From Paraspadella gotoi (Eukaryota; Animalia; Chaetognatha), in assembly GCA_051294375.1 (NCBI GenBank), contig CM119268.1, positions 2,146,975-2,154,309 of the forward strand: a stretch of 7,335 nt of DNA, written 5' to 3'. Shown here in pieces: positions 6,939-7,335 of the stretch. The translations under genes and the position numbers were made by a program. Under the pieces are notes generated by a model. That model saw only the letters and a list, made by a program, of their open reading frames with translations, ran no database searches and had not been told where the DNA came from. How positions within the stretch are numbered: position 1 is the stretch's first letter; each line of letters begins with the position of its first letter.

Positions 6939-7298
6939 TTTCGCATTTATAAATATGTATCAATAAAACAAAAGAATTTTAAAAATTTATATTAATAACC
7001 TTTATCTAACTTTTAAAGCTCTATCAGAATCTATTAAAAATTAATTGAAAAATTAAAAAAAAAATTTAAACTTTATATAGTAATAAAATAATCTTTAAAT
7101 GCTTCCGTGCGCTAATCAATGAGATAAATTTTAAAAATCATTTTCCTTTTCATATTCTCTAACAGTCACTTAACCATTATTTATTTGAGAGAACTTCTAG
7201 TTTTCAACCTGTTCCGGCCTAATATATATATACCGTCACACTTCGGTTGATATTTCTACAATTTTCATTCGTTTGAAATAATCGACAGAAGCATCAAT

Positions 7299-7335
<37 letters not shown>
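7299..7335 (+). repeat. (ACG)12+ microsatellite, cut by window end
   Basis: Read directly. Confidence 0.95.

Noticed and set aside
6588-6995. 135-aa ORF with ER, poly-N and poly-D runs, and antisense ORF 6772-6963
   Set aside because: Built from (GA)n and (AAC)(GAC) repeats and spanning repeat-element fragments; the long one starts at TTG.
1-7335. CRISPR array, prokaryotic operon or defence system
   Set aside because: No repeat-spacer periodicity and no gene-dense coding; the architecture is eukaryotic non-coding DNA.

Overview
This is AT-rich eukaryotic genomic DNA from a draft scaffold with two N gaps (593-820, 5148-5195). It is probably intronic or intergenic, and an invertebrate-like origin is my inference. 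I recognise no protein-coding gene, rRNA, intact tRNA or CRISPR array; most listed ORFs are artefacts of microsatellites or N runs. Simple repeats dominate. The best-supported higher-order structure is a 936-bp segment (3199-4134) bounded by perfect 24-bp terminal inverted repeats and a TTA duplication, consistent with a non-autonomous DNA transposon. It carries a cleanly spliceable 117-nt exon-like cassette. A short palindrome+(GTCG)n motif resembling the 5' head of Helentron-associated/DINE-1-type elements recurs three or four times with different deletions. Also present are a degenerate telomere-like hexamer array, a tRNA-like B box and a CpG-rich patch with clustered TGACG motifs. The sequence alone does not demonstrate a new biological system; the TIR element and the repeat family are the leads most worth testing.
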